Assembly (NCBI GenBank): GCA_005884115.1
Contig: VAXW01000004.1
Location: 290,898-354,897, forward strand
Direction of reading: 5' to 3'
DNA from: Actinomycetota bacterium
GTDB lineage: Bacteria; Actinomycetota; Thermoleophilia; Solirubrobacterales; Solirubrobacteraceae
Length of the DNA stretch: 64,000 nucleotides
This document shows, in pieces, positions 20,346-30,253 of this stretch. The stretch's first letter is position 1; each line of letters starts with the position of its first letter. The translations under genes and the position numbers were made by a program. The notes beneath the pieces are model-generated. The model saw only the letters and a program-made list of their open reading frames with translations, had not been told where the DNA came from and did not search any database.

Positions 20346-20933
20346 ATGCGCCGGCTGATTCTTCAGACGGGCGTTTCGATCGACGGATACGTGGCGGCAC
20401 TCGATGGGTCCCATCCGTGGGGCTACGCGAAACCGGACGAGGCCTTCAAGCACTGGATCCTCGATTCGGTGTGGGGCGCGGGTGCCCATTTGATGGGTCG
20501 GGTCACCTACGAGGAGATGGCCGCCCACTGGCCGACGTCGAAGAGCGAGTACGCGCGGCCGATGAACGAGATCCCCAAGGTCGTGTTTTCGAAGACACTG
20601 CAGCAGGCAGACTGGCCCGAGACACGAATCGCCCGCGGCGACCTCAGCGACGAGATCGGGCGTCTCAAGCGCGAACCTGGCAACGACCTGATCGCCTACG
20701 GCGGCGCCACGCTCGACCAGGCCCTGTCACGGCTCGGGCTGGTCGACGAGTACCGGCTCATGATTCAGCCGGCCGCACTGGGGGCCGGGCTCCCTCTGTT
20801 CAAGGATCTGGCCGCCCCGCTGCACCTCGAGCTCATCGAAGCGACGACGTATGCCACGGGGGCCGCGATTCACGTTTACCGACCGCGCGCGATTCCCGCC
20901 GATCAGCCCGTCGACCCGGACCAGCCGGACTGA
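20346..20933 (+). CDS. Dihydrofolate reductase/RibD C-terminal family protein
   Basis: VSIDGYVA, LMGRVTYEEM, PKVVFSKTL, LVDEYRL; AAGGAGG RBS. Confidence 0.9.
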   Translation: MRRLILQTGVSIDGYVAALDGSHPWGYAKPDEAFKHWILDSVWGAGAHLMGRVTYEEMAAHWPTSKSEYARPMNEIPKVVFSKTLQQADWPETRIARGDLSDEIGRLKREPGNDLIAYGGATLDQALSRLGLVDEYRLMIQPAALGAGLPLFKDLAAPLHLELIEATTYATGAAIHVYRPRAIPADQPVDPDQPD

Positions 20934-20952
20934 GGCTCCGGGCCGCGTGATC

Positions 20953-20985
20953 CCGGGATCGAACCGGTGACCTCCTGCTTGCAAA
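20953..20985 (-). repeat. tRNA-Ala(TGC) 3' fragment #2 (acceptor strand lost)
   Basis: CCGGGATCGAACCGGTGACCTCCTGCTTGCAAA on the + strand. Confidence 0.85.
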
Positions 20986-21319
20986 GTTCGAGCGAGGGCG
21001 GGCGGCTGCGGGTCGGATCCGGATCTAAGCAGATAACACCGGTTCTTCTAGCGAATTCTGCGGATCTCGGTGGGTCGGATCCGGGCGGCTGAGGCTTCCA
21101 TAAAGCTTCCACGGAGGTATGCAGAAGCCGTCCAGTGGAACGAGCCCGCGCCAGCCATTCGAAGGGTGGGAACGGGACAGCCGTGCGCGGCCGCACGGGG
21201 CGCCACCCCGCGGGTATCAGTTGGGTCTGGTCTCGCCGGCGCTCACCTAAGGCGTGCTCCACTCAAAGCGTGTACGGGCGTTCCGTCGCCGCCCTGCGAT
21301 ACAGTGCTGCACTTGTATT

Positions 21320-21456
21320 GACCAAGCCGAGTCTCCGCCGAACAGGTGGCGGGGAGCGGGGGACCCAATGGCCACGCGAGTGGCCCGGGGCGAGTCGCCG
21401 TCAGAGCACGGCGTAGCGCGGTTCGCGCGAGCCCGACAGCTAACCCCGTAGGCCAC
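21320..21456 (+). ncRNA. c-di-AMP (ydaO/yuaA) riboswitch
   Basis: GCCGAGTC...GGAGCGGGGGACCC...GGGGCGAGTC...GTAG...CGAGCCCGACAGCTAACCCCGTAGGC follows the ydaO consensus order. Confidence 0.85.
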
Positions 21457-21755
21457 GTGAGACCAGGGAGTTTGCCCGTCGTGCTGAGGCGCGTCCGCTG
21501 CGTGTCATCCGAGTCTGCCTTTGCCGTGTATCCGCTGGCCGAAGCGTGCTCGAGAGTGGCAGGATCGCGTCGTAGTAGCAGTTGCGGCCGAGCCAGCTCT
21601 GATCAAATCCTACCGGCACCGCTTCCGCGATCGAGGGACCGTTTCCGTGATCGGCCGACTTCCGACCGGGCAAGCCGCAACGCAGCGCAGCTCGCTGAGC
21701 CCCCCGTTCCGCCGACGGTTGATGGATTGGTGCCGCATCCGGGGGGAGGTTTCAG

Positions 21756-23498
21756 ATGACTCCGGTACGGGACCGCCGCTTGACTCTGCTGCTCATTCTC
21801 GCCGTCGGCTCGTTGGCGAGCGCCGCGCTAAGCGCGCCCGCAGACGGCAACGTTCACCGCAAGGGCTCAGCTCCGCTAAACAGCGCGCCTCCAACGATCT
21901 CGGGCTCGCCCGTGCAGGGGCAGACGCTGAGCGCCTCGGTGGGCTCGTGGACGGGCACGACTCCGATCCACTACGCCTACCAGTGGCGGCGCAGCAGCGC
22001 TGTCATCTCAGGCGCCGCGGGCTCGACCTACACACTGACGCCGGCCGACGTGGGTCATCGGATCGACGTAGTCGTTACGGCGTCCAACTCCGTCGGCGCC
22101 GGCGCGGCGACATCCGCCCCCACGTCCGCGGTGAGCGCGCCCCCACCGACACCACCACCAGCTCCGACGGTAACCGGGCTCAGCCCCAACGGCGGACCTG
22201 AAGCCGGCGGAACACCGGTGAGCATAACCGGGTCTGGCTTCAGCGGCGCTACCGCCGTCAAGTTCGGCGGGCACGTCGCCGCCAGCTTCACGGTCAATTC
22301 TGCGAGCTCGATCACGGCCGTCTCTGCGGCGGGTACGGGGACAGTCGATGTGACCGTCACCGGCCCGAATGGGACGAGCGCGGCGACTTCGGTCGACACT
22401 TTCAGCTACTGGCCGCCAGCGTCTGGCGCAGGCGGTGAAGTGCGCTTCGTAAAGAACGCAGACTCCTCGTTTGACGCTGAAGATTTTGAAGCAAACGGTG
22501 CCTGGATGCGCGAACACTTCTCGCGCATGATCACCTACTCTCCGTTCTTCGATAGTCGCACGAGCTGGTATCCAAACGCTTGGGCCTACCAGGATGCCTA
22601 TGCGATCTACGTCGGTTCGGCGCTCGCCAAAGAACATCCCGAATGGATCGTCAAGGACGCGGCTGGAGAAGTGCTCTACATCCCCTGGGGCAATCCCCCG
22701 ACCCAGTACGCGGCTGACATCTCCAACCCCGCCTTTCGCAGCTTCTGGATCCAACGTATGAAGGCGATCGTCGCTCATGGCTATGCGGGCGTGTTCGTGG
22801 ACGACGTGGACATGTGGGCCAACACGTCGAACTACAACCTGCAGAAGCAGACGCCGATCAGCCGGGTGACCGGCCAGCCGATGAGCGACGAAAGCTGGCG
22901 CGAATACCTAGCCATGTTCATGGCGGAACTGCGCGCGGCGCTGCCGGCGTGCGAGATAGTTCACAACAACGTCTGGTACGCAGCCGGTGGCCCGAGCCAG
23001 AACAAGTATGTGGAAGCCGAGATGAAGGCGGCCAACGTCATCAACGTCGAGCGTGGCGTCAACGACTCGGGGCTCACAGGCGGCACGGGCCAATGGTCGC
23101 TCTACAACCTCTTCCACTTCATCGATCTCGCGCACGGGCTCGGTGACTCGGTGCTGCTCGACGGGAAGGCCACAGATGTGAGCGCGATGGAATACAACCT
23201 GGCGGCATACTTCCTGATCTCGAACGGCAAGGACTTCGTCAAAGGCGGAGGCTCAACTCAGAACGTGAAAAGCTTCTGGCCGGGGTGGTCTGTGAACCTC
23301 GGTGAACCGACCGGCCCGCGCGAACGCGCGAGCTCGGGGCTTTGGAAACGCTCATTTCGGGGCGGCGCCGTCTACCTGCTCGAGCCCGGAGCTTCGCCGC
23401 AGACGATCGCGCTGCCAACCGCAATGAAGAGCGTCACGCTCGGGGTCGTTGGCTCGATCACGCTGAGTCCAGGGCAGGCGGCGGTGCTGCTGCGCTAG
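21756..23498 (+). CDS. Secreted protein: Ig-like module + IPT/TIG domain + putative glycoside hydrolase TIM barrel
   Basis: Signal peptide; PPTISGSPVQGQTL; PTVTGLSPNGGPEAGGTPVSITGSGF; DISNPAFRSFW...YAGVFVDDV. Confidence 0.75.
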   Translation: MTPVRDRRLTLLLILAVGSLASAALSAPADGNVHRKGSAPLNSAPPTISGSPVQGQTLSASVGSWTGTTPIHYAYQWRRSSAVISGAAGSTYTLTPADVGHRIDVVVTASNSVGAGAATSAPTSAVSAPPPTPPPAPTVTGLSPNGGPEAGGTPVSITGSGFSGATAVKFGGHVAASFTVNSASSITAVSAAGTGTVDVTVTGPNGTSAATSVDTFSYWPPASGAGGEVRFVKNADSSFDAEDFEANGAWMREHFSRMITYSPFFDSRTSWYPNAWAYQDAYAIYVGSALAKEHPEWIVKDAAGEVLYIPWGNPPTQYAADISNPAFRSFWIQRMKAIVAHGYAGVFVDDVDMWANTSNYNLQKQTPISRVTGQPMSDESWREYLAMFMAELRAALPACEIVHNNVWYAAGGPSQNKYVEAEMKAANVINVERGVNDSGLTGGTGQWSLYNLFHFIDLAHGLGDSVLLDGKATDVSAMEYNLAAYFLISNGKDFVKGGGSTQNVKSFWPGWSVNLGEPTGPRERASSGLWKRSFRGGAVYLLEPGASPQTIALPTAMKSVTLGVVGSITLSPGQAAVLLR

Positions 23499-24022
23499 TT
23501 ACCGAGCCGAACCTGACTTTCCCCAGGCCTTCACCTCCGATAAGAGCGGCTGGGCCGCTAGCGCAGCTCGGGTTACCATCGCTGGGGATCCTGGCAGGCG
23601 GCTGTTCGCGTCCGCACGAGGACCCAACCTGACGCTCCTTCCCGTCCGATGCGGCAGCCCGGTGATCCGGCGGGTGGCGTCTCTTTGCTGCTGTAAATGC
23701 GCCGCGGCCTAGTTCCCCGCGCGGGTCACGCTCTATGCGGCGTTGACGTCCTCGCGGATCGCTTGGTGCCTTCGTATCTTCTCCGCTTGAGATCTTCTCC
23801 GCTTGAGGCGTTGACGGTCGAGCTCGTTGAAACGGATGCCGTTGGTCTCACCGGCTACCGCGCGGCTAGGGAACACGGTGCGCTGCAGCTGGTCGAGGGG
23901 GCCTAGGAGGGCGATTATCTGGCCTAGCTGGCAGTAGCTCGGCAAGTGGCGGTGCGGCTGAGACCAAGGGCACCGCAGAGGCGGTGTCAGGAACCGCCAA
24001 TTAGCAGGCTGTTCGCGCCGGC

Positions 24023-24066
24023 GGAGCCAGCCGGAATCGAACCGGCGACCTCCTGCTTGCAAAGCA
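24023..24066 (-). repeat. tRNA-Ala(TGC) 3' half #3 (variant allele)
   Basis: GGAGCCAGCCGGAATCGAACCGGCGACCTCCTGCTTGCAAAGCA. Confidence 0.88.
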
Positions 24067-24334
24067 CCTTCGCGGGAGCCTGGCAAGCTGCAAGAAACGC
24101 CATGAACCCAGGGAGACGAGCGCCCCAAAAGGTTCCGCCGTATCGGTCCCGATCGGGGTCGATCGCGGGGATCAAGGCACGCTCGCCGCACGGATGCCTG
24201 CGGTCCTCGCCTGCGATCGATCGCGCCGCTGGCCCCACCCTTCCGAATCGCCCCAGCGTGGTAGGTTGTCAGCTGCCGGTGTCGCTGGCCTGGTCTCTAG
24301 TCGGCGGGCGCTCGGTAACGGGAGGAGGCGAAGG

Positions 24335-25927
24335 ATGAGGTGCGCAGGATTGGGCATCGGGGCTGAGCGGCGCATAACAGTGGCGACTGGGCTCGTCCTC
24401 GCCTTGATCGTCTCGCCAGTGCAGCTCGCGCAGGCCGACTCGAGGCCGCTGACGGTCCCCGCGCTCCAGTCATGGACGCCGGCAGCCGGGAAGTGGCAGC
24501 TCGGCAGCAACGCACGTGTAGTGATTGGATCAGGGGACCTGCTCGGCGAGGCCCAGCAGCTCGCGTCCGACGTCCGCGCGCTCACGGGACGAGCGCCCTC
24601 CGTCGACCCGACTCCCGGTGCGAGGGCGGTGCGCGGCGATATCAGACTCGCCCTTGTCCGGCCGGACGCCGAACTAGGCGCGGAAGGCTACGCGCTGAAG
24701 GTGGGCGGCGCCTTCGTGATTTCGGCACCCACCCCGGCCGGCGTGTTCTACGGAGGCCGGACACTGCTCCAGCTCCTGAGCCAGGGCCCGAGCGTGTCGC
24801 ACGGCACCGCGCGCGACTGGCCGCGTTATTCCCAAAGAGGACTGATGCTCGATGCGGCTCGCACCGCGTACAGTCGCGCGTTCATCGAGAGCCAGATCGT
24901 GCGGCTGGCGTACCTCAAGGAGAACATCCTCCACCTCCACCTCACCGACGACGAGCGTTGGGGTATCCAGAGCGATACCCACCCCGAGATCGTTGCGTCA
25001 GACGCGCTGAGCAAGAGCGATATCGGCGACATACTCGCTGTCGCCGATAAGTACCACGTGCAGGTGATCCCGGAGATCGACCTACCTGGGCACTCGGCCG
25101 CACTGCTCGCCAAGCACCCGGACCTCGAGCTCAAGCTCGGCGGCACGTACACGACCAGCTCGCCCGAAACCTACGTGACCGACAAGCTCGACATCGGCAA
25201 TCCGGCGGCACTGGCAATGGTCGAGCAGCTGCTGGACGAGTACCTGCCGCTGTTCCCTGGCCGCTACTGGGACCTCGGTGACGACGAGTACCTCTCGCCC
25301 GCGCAGTATCCGCTCTACCCGACGCTCGCCTCCTACGCGGTGGCAACTTACGGGCCGGGCGCTACCCCGAGCGACGCGATCCACGGCTTCATCAACTGGG
25401 CGGACGCTATCGCTCGGTCTTACGGCAAGACGATGCGCGTCTGGAACGACCAGCTCAACCTCGGTGCCCTGGTTCCCGTGAACGCGGATGTCGCAGTCGA
25501 TTGGTGGATCGACGTCTCGCCGTTCGGCGACACCTTCACGGTACCGCCGCTCCTGCTCGTCGGCCAGGGCCACGACGTCCTCAACGCCGGCTGGTTCCCG
25601 ACCTACTACGCCGGCGACCTGGGGCCGATCCAGGGCAAGTCGAACATGCAGCAGGCGTACGAATCCTGGGAGGTGAACCAGTTCTGCGACCCGGAGTACA
25701 CGGGTGACAATCGCCTCACGCCGTGCACCACCGTGGGCGCCGGCGATCCTCACCTCCTGGGATCGCAGATCAACGTCTGGGGACCGCTGCCGGAGACGCC
25801 CGACCAGACCGCCGCCGGCATCTGGCCGCGCCTTGCTGTGATCTCACAGAAGACGTGGAACTCACCGGTGCTCTCGAGTTCGTACACGGGGTTCCAGCAA
25901 ATCCTGTCTGCAGTCGGCCACCCGTAG
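24335..25927 (+). CDS. Secreted GH20 beta-N-acetylhexosaminidase-like protein
   Basis: GH20b domain (EGYALKV..GVFYGGRTLLQ); RGLMLDAAR, LHLHLTDD, IPEIDLPGH, DE pair in DLGDDEY. Confidence 0.88.
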   Translation: MRCAGLGIGAERRITVATGLVLALIVSPVQLAQADSRPLTVPALQSWTPAAGKWQLGSNARVVIGSGDLLGEAQQLASDVRALTGRAPSVDPTPGARAVRGDIRLALVRPDAELGAEGYALKVGGAFVISAPTPAGVFYGGRTLLQLLSQGPSVSHGTARDWPRYSQRGLMLDAARTAYSRAFIESQIVRLAYLKENILHLHLTDDERWGIQSDTHPEIVASDALSKSDIGDILAVADKYHVQVIPEIDLPGHSAALLAKHPDLELKLGGTYTTSSPETYVTDKLDIGNPAALAMVEQLLDEYLPLFPGRYWDLGDDEYLSPAQYPLYPTLASYAVATYGPGATPSDAIHGFINWADAIARSYGKTMRVWNDQLNLGALVPVNADVAVDWWIDVSPFGDTFTVPPLLLVGQGHDVLNAGWFPTYYAGDLGPIQGKSNMQQAYESWEVNQFCDPEYTGDNRLTPCTTVGAGDPHLLGSQINVWGPLPETPDQTAAGIWPRLAVISQKTWNSPVLSSSYTGFQQILSAVGHP

Positions 25928-25996
25928 CTTGGCGCAACGTCCGAGCCTGCGGAGCGCGCAGCGCCGGTGTCAAGCTCGAGCACACCGGATTGCCGA

Positions 25997-26040
25997 TGGA
26001 GCCAACCGGGATCGGACCGGTGACCTCCTGCTTGCAAAGC
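25997..26040 (-). repeat. tRNA-Ala(TGC) 3' half #4 (T-loop point mutation)
   Basis: TGGAGCCAACCGGGATCGGACCGGTGACCTCCTGCTTGCAAAGC. Confidence 0.88.
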
Positions 26041-26439
26041 TCATTTGAGGAGGCACTGCTAGTAGGGGCCAGAAAACGGCGGAAATCCAGGAAGAAAAGG
26101 CCCCCTAAGCGTCCGCCGGATGGCGCCCGATAGGCGTCGATTGCGGGGAGTTTGGGCACTGGATCGGGGCTAGTGCCTAAACCCTCGGCGCATCGCGCGA
26201 CCTCGAAGTGAGCCCGGCTCAGGCGGCGAGAGAGCCTTCGTGCGCACCCGCGCCGCTTAGAGCTCGGTCGTTCCTGCTGTGGGCGCCGTTCCGGTGCGGC
26301 AAACGCACGCTACGCTGCGAGTCTCCTAGTCCATCCGGAGCGACCCAGCCCGACGACGTCGCAGCAACCGACCGTATGTCGCGATGCTAACGCTGGGATC
26401 GATGGAGATGATCTCGTGGCATCGCACATCGGCCGCTTG

Positions 26440-26560
26440 CCCAATCGTCAAGGAAGCGTCGTCGTCCATGTTCCGCACTCCTCGACAAATTGTCCCGGAG
26501 GATGTTCGCCACACCTTCGTGCTCGGCGACCTCGAATTGGATCGCGACCGGGGACCCAAA
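26440..26560 (+). pseudogene. N-terminal remnant of N-formylglutamate amidohydrolase
   Basis: GSVVVHVPHSST, then shifted PEDVRHTFVLGDLELDRD; rest of gene absent. Confidence 0.5.
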
Positions 26561-26636
26561 TATGCCCTAGCCTCGGCGATCTCAGGCATTCCCTGAACGC
26601 ACCCCGCGAATCGGGCTCAAGCCCATGACCGGCCGG

Positions 26637-27242
26637 TCAATTCATAGCCGTAGTCGAAGCCGCTGGGAGCGCCTGCGCATCTGCTGTCGGCCGGTTAGGC
26701 GCGAGCCGCTGAAGCGTCCAAAGCACGAGATCGTCGCGCGCTGCGGAGTCCCGACTTCTCTCGTGCAGATGGATGCCCTCGATCAGGGCCATCATCACTT
26801 TTGCGGCTTGGCTCGCGTCAGTCTCATCGAGCCCAGCGTCGCGAAACAACCGCCGGAGCAGGCCGTCGGCTGCGCTGTGAAACGCCTCATGCATCTCGGC
26901 GACCGCTGTGCTGTGCTCGGCACGCTCGTGAACCGTAGCCGTGAGGTTGGCGACTTCATCGAGTTGCGCGAGCATCGCGAGGATCTGCTCCTCCACAGCG
27001 GTGGCCACGGAGGTGGGCAGTCTTGCAAGCGCCTGTTCTTGGCGACGGCGGAGGACAGCTGCAAGTAGCTCGTCCTTGCTCGGGAAGTACCAGTAGACCG
27101 CGTTGTTCGCGACTCCCGCGCGGCCGGCAACCCGAGCCATCGTCGTTGCCTCGTAGCCGCTGCGCAGCAACAGGTACTCGGCGGCATCGAGGATCTGCTT
27201 GCGCTTGAGATCGCGGTCGAGGTGTGGTCGCGTGGCAGGCAT
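26637..27242 (-). CDS. TetR family regulator
   Basis: ILDAAEYLLLRSGYEATTMARVAGRAGVANNAVYWYFPSKDELL. Confidence 0.92.
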   Translation of the reverse strand: MPATRPHLDRDLKRKQILDAAEYLLLRSGYEATTMARVAGRAGVANNAVYWYFPSKDELLAAVLRRRQEQALARLPTSVATAVEEQILAMLAQLDEVANLTATVHERAEHSTAVAEMHEAFHSAADGLLRRLFRDAGLDETDASQAAKVMMALIEGIHLHERSRDSAARDDLVLWTLQRLAPNRPTADAQALPAASTTAMN

Positions 27243-27244
27243 TC

Positions 27245-27292
27245 TCTTGACTTTCGATCAAGACCGATGTTACTCTTGATTACGGATCAAGA
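27245..27292. promoter_or_regulatory. Two TetR operators TCTTGA-N7-TCAAGA overlapping a TTGACT/TACTCT promoter
   Basis: Perfect dyads at 27245-27263 and 27274-27292 in the divergent intergenic region. Confidence 0.85.
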
Positions 27293-27319
27293 ACACCGCA
27301 AGAGATGGAGGTCCCGCCA

Positions 27320-28210
27320 ATGGCGGAGACGGCAAAGCAATTGACTGGCAAGGTGGCTGTAGTCACCGGCGCGTCGCAGGGACTTGGCGAACAGCTTGCC
27401 TTGGAGCTTGCTGCGCACGGCGCAGCGGTCGCAGTCGCGGCTCGCAACGGTGAGCGACTAGGGGCGATCAGGGGCGCGATCGAGGCTCGCGGCGGTCGAG
27501 CGGCAGCCGTGCCCACAGACCTGTCCAGCGAGTCGGATTGCAAGGCGCTGATCGAGCGCGTACACGAGACGCTGGGTTCGATCGACATCCTCGTGTTAAA
27601 CGCCGGGACGGCAACTTTCGGGAAGCTGGAGGAGCTAACGGGTCTTGACGCGATCCGCGATTCGATGGCCGTCAACTTCTTCGGCGCCGCCTACCCGACC
27701 TACTACGCATTGGACGACCTCATCGCCCGAAAAGGTCTAGTCGCCTACGTGACCTCCGGCTCGGGACATCTGCCGATGGCCGGATACCTCGGGTACTCGA
27801 CCAGCAAGCACGCGATGAACGGGTTCTTTGAGTGCCTGCGGCTGGAAATGTATCCGCACGGGGTCGACGTGCTGACGATCAACCCCGGGGATATGTACAG
27901 CGACGACGGAGCCGGCCGCACCTTCTTCACGCCCGAGGGGGAAGAGCTCAAGATCGACCTGTCGATCAAACGCCAGAACGACATCAAGCGCCACCCCGCG
28001 AGCTCTGTAGCGAAGAAGTGCTCCGAAGCGATCATCGACAGACGCCGCGAACTCGACCTCTCACCGCGAATCCAGAAGCTCGCGACCAGAACGCGCCCGT
28101 TCGCGCCCGGACTGATCGACCGCATCATCTACGAGCGAGTGAGCACGCTGCGATCAGCGTTCACCAGCGAGGTCGAGCAGCGTCAGAAGGTCCGTCACGA
28201 GGCAGCGTGA
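27320..28210 (+). CDS. SDR family oxidoreductase
   Basis: TGASQGLG, LNAG, YSTSK; GGAGG RBS. Confidence 0.9.
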   Translation: MAETAKQLTGKVAVVTGASQGLGEQLALELAAHGAAVAVAARNGERLGAIRGAIEARGGRAAAVPTDLSSESDCKALIERVHETLGSIDILVLNAGTATFGKLEELTGLDAIRDSMAVNFFGAAYPTYYALDDLIARKGLVAYVTSGSGHLPMAGYLGYSTSKHAMNGFFECLRLEMYPHGVDVLTINPGDMYSDDGAGRTFFTPEGEELKIDLSIKRQNDIKRHPASSVAKKCSEAIIDRRRELDLSPRIQKLATRTRPFAPGLIDRIIYERVSTLRSAFTSEVEQRQKVRHEAA

Positions 28211-28262
28211 GCGTCCTGTTCAGAGCCGGATCAACGTCAGAGGGCAAACGAGAGGCTCGCCG

Positions 28263-28748
28263 ATGACACCCGAGGAGCGCCGCCAGTTCGTGCTCGACCA
28301 CCGCACCGCGATCTTCGGGTACGGACGCGCCCAGCACGGCCCAGCAATGTCGATCGTCTTCTACTCGTCCGAACCCGAGGAGATCGTCGTCTCGACCATG
28401 GCCGAGCGGGCGAAGGCCAAGGCCGTAGCTCGCAACCCGAAGGTTTCGCTTTGCGTTCTTGACGAGCAATGGCCGCCGAGCTATCTGCAGGTCTATTGCG
28501 ATGCGGAAATCGACACGAACTTCGACTTCGTGGTGGATGTGATGATGCGCATCGCCGGGGTGATGGCCGGAACGCCCATATCAGACGACGTTCGCCCAAT
28601 GGTCGAAGAGGGAGCACGCACAGAGAAGCGGGTCGCGCTTCGTCTACGTCCGTACGCCACCTTCTACACGCCTCCGCGGCACGTCCACCAGGAGTCCGAC
28701 ATCAATCGCGGACTGCTGCACGAAACGAGCGCCTCAGTCCCGTGGTGA
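28263..28748 (+). CDS. Pyridoxamine 5'-phosphate oxidase/PPOX-class (possibly F420-dependent) protein
   Basis: STMAERAKAKAVARNPKVSLCVLDE. Confidence 0.8.
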   Translation: MTPEERRQFVLDHRTAIFGYGRAQHGPAMSIVFYSSEPEEIVVSTMAERAKAKAVARNPKVSLCVLDEQWPPSYLQVYCDAEIDTNFDFVVDVMMRIAGVMAGTPISDDVRPMVEEGARTEKRVALRLRPYATFYTPPRHVHQESDINRGLLHETSASVPW

Positions 28749-28774
28749 CGGATGTTCCTCGGAAGTTCTGAGCT

Positions 28775-29365
28775 ATGACCGCTCGCGCCGTTATCAGGCC
28801 GACTTTCCATCACTTCAACCTCAAGACCACCCGGCTGCAGGCGTTGACCGACTGGTATGCAGCTGTCGTGGGCGCCGAGGTCGTTTTCCAAGACGACACG
28901 GGTGCTTGGCTGACAAACGACGCCGCGAACCATCGGATCGCGCTGCTGGCGTTCCCCGGCTTCGTTGATGACCCCGACAGGGAGACACGAACCGGGATGC
29001 ACCACAGCGCCTTCGAGTACGAGCGCTTCGAGGACCTGAATGCCAGCTATCTGCGGCTACGTGAGCAAGGAATCGAGCCGGACATCTGTATCGACCACGG
29101 GATGACCCTCTCCTACTACTACAAGGACCCCGACGGCAACCGCGTTGAGCTGCAGGTGGACGCATTCGGCGACTGGGACGCCTCGAAGCGATGGATGCGC
29201 ACGAGCCCCGAGTTCAAGGCCAACCCAATCGGCGTGTTCGTCGATCCCGCCAAGATCGCCGAGCGAGCCGCCAGAAGCGAGCCGTTTGAGGAGATCCACC
29301 GCCGCGCGATGGCCGGCGAGCTGAGTCCCGCGCAGGCCGACTCGCAAGCAGAGACCGCCCAGTGA
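28775..29365 (+). CDS. VOC family protein (extradiol dioxygenase-like)
   Basis: HHFNL, HRIAL, MHHSAF, DHGMTLSYYYKDPDGNRVELQ. Confidence 0.85.
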   Translation: MTARAVIRPTFHHFNLKTTRLQALTDWYAAVVGAEVVFQDDTGAWLTNDAANHRIALLAFPGFVDDPDRETRTGMHHSAFEYERFEDLNASYLRLREQGIEPDICIDHGMTLSYYYKDPDGNRVELQVDAFGDWDASKRWMRTSPEFKANPIGVFVDPAKIAERAARSEPFEEIHRRAMAGELSPAQADSQAETAQ

Positions 29366-30183
29366 GACTCTGTCGATTCCAGCTTGACGGCCACACGCGA
29401 CCGGGCGTCGCCAGCGACGGCTTCGTCTCGGAGCATGGTGCTCAGGGCGAGCGCCGCGCGCTCGAGGACGTCCGACTCCTAGCGCCGGTGATGCCGCGAA
29501 AATACCTGGCGATCGGGCTCAACTACAAGGACCACATCGCCGAGAGCGGGATGGACGCACCCGAGGTGCCGTTCTTCTTTAACAAGCAGGTGTCTTGTGT
29601 CATAGGTCCAGGCGAGGGTATTCACATGCCGCGTGTGTCGAGCCTGCTCGACTACGAGGCCGAGCTCGCCATCGTGATCGGGAAGCGTTGCCGACATGTA
29701 CCAGTCGACGGCGCCCATGAGGTGATCGCTGGCTACACGATTGCCAACGACGTCTCGGTCCGCGACTGGCAGCTGCGCACCCCGACGATGACGATCGGCA
29801 AGTCGTTCGACACGCACGGGCCGCTCGGCCCGTGGATCGTGACCGCCGACGAGCTCGGCGACCCGCATGACCTCGGCATCCGGGCCTTCGTCAACGACGA
29901 GCTTCGCCAGGATTCCAACACAGGCGAGATGATCTTCAACTGCTTCCAGCAGGTCAGCCACCTCTCGGAAGCATTCACGCTGGAGCCCGGCGACGTAATC
30001 GCTGCCGGCACACCCGCCGGCGTCGGCGCCGCACGCCAGCCGTTTCCCGAGGGTCTGCTGAAGGTTGGTGATGTCGTCAGGATCGAGATCGACCGAATCG
30101 GTGCGCTCGAGAACACAGTCATCGAGGAGCCAGATGGCTATCTCGCGCACCCCACCGAGCTCGCGCTGCCGTTCGGGGATTGA
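29362..30183 (+). CDS. Fumarylacetoacetate hydrolase family protein
   Basis: IGLNYKDH, DYEAELAIVIG, NDVSVRD, GKSFDT, GTPAGVG. Confidence 0.92.
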   Translation: MRLCRFQLDGHTRPGVASDGFVSEHGAQGERRALEDVRLLAPVMPRKYLAIGLNYKDHIAESGMDAPEVPFFFNKQVSCVIGPGEGIHMPRVSSLLDYEAELAIVIGKRCRHVPVDGAHEVIAGYTIANDVSVRDWQLRTPTMTIGKSFDTHGPLGPWIVTADELGDPHDLGIRAFVNDELRQDSNTGEMIFNCFQQVSHLSEAFTLEPGDVIAAGTPAGVGAARQPFPEGLLKVGDVVRIEIDRIGALENTVIEEPDGYLAHPTELALPFGD

Positions 30184-30253
30184 GCGTCGGATGGAGGCAG
30201 GTCGAGCTCATGGTTCCGAAGTTCTCGGGCCTGACTGAGGCTGGGGCAAAGCA

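Noticed and set aside
23776-23807. 16-bp tandem duplication ATCTTCTCCGCTTGAG
   Set aside because: Isolated slippage in apparently decayed sequence; no function inferable.
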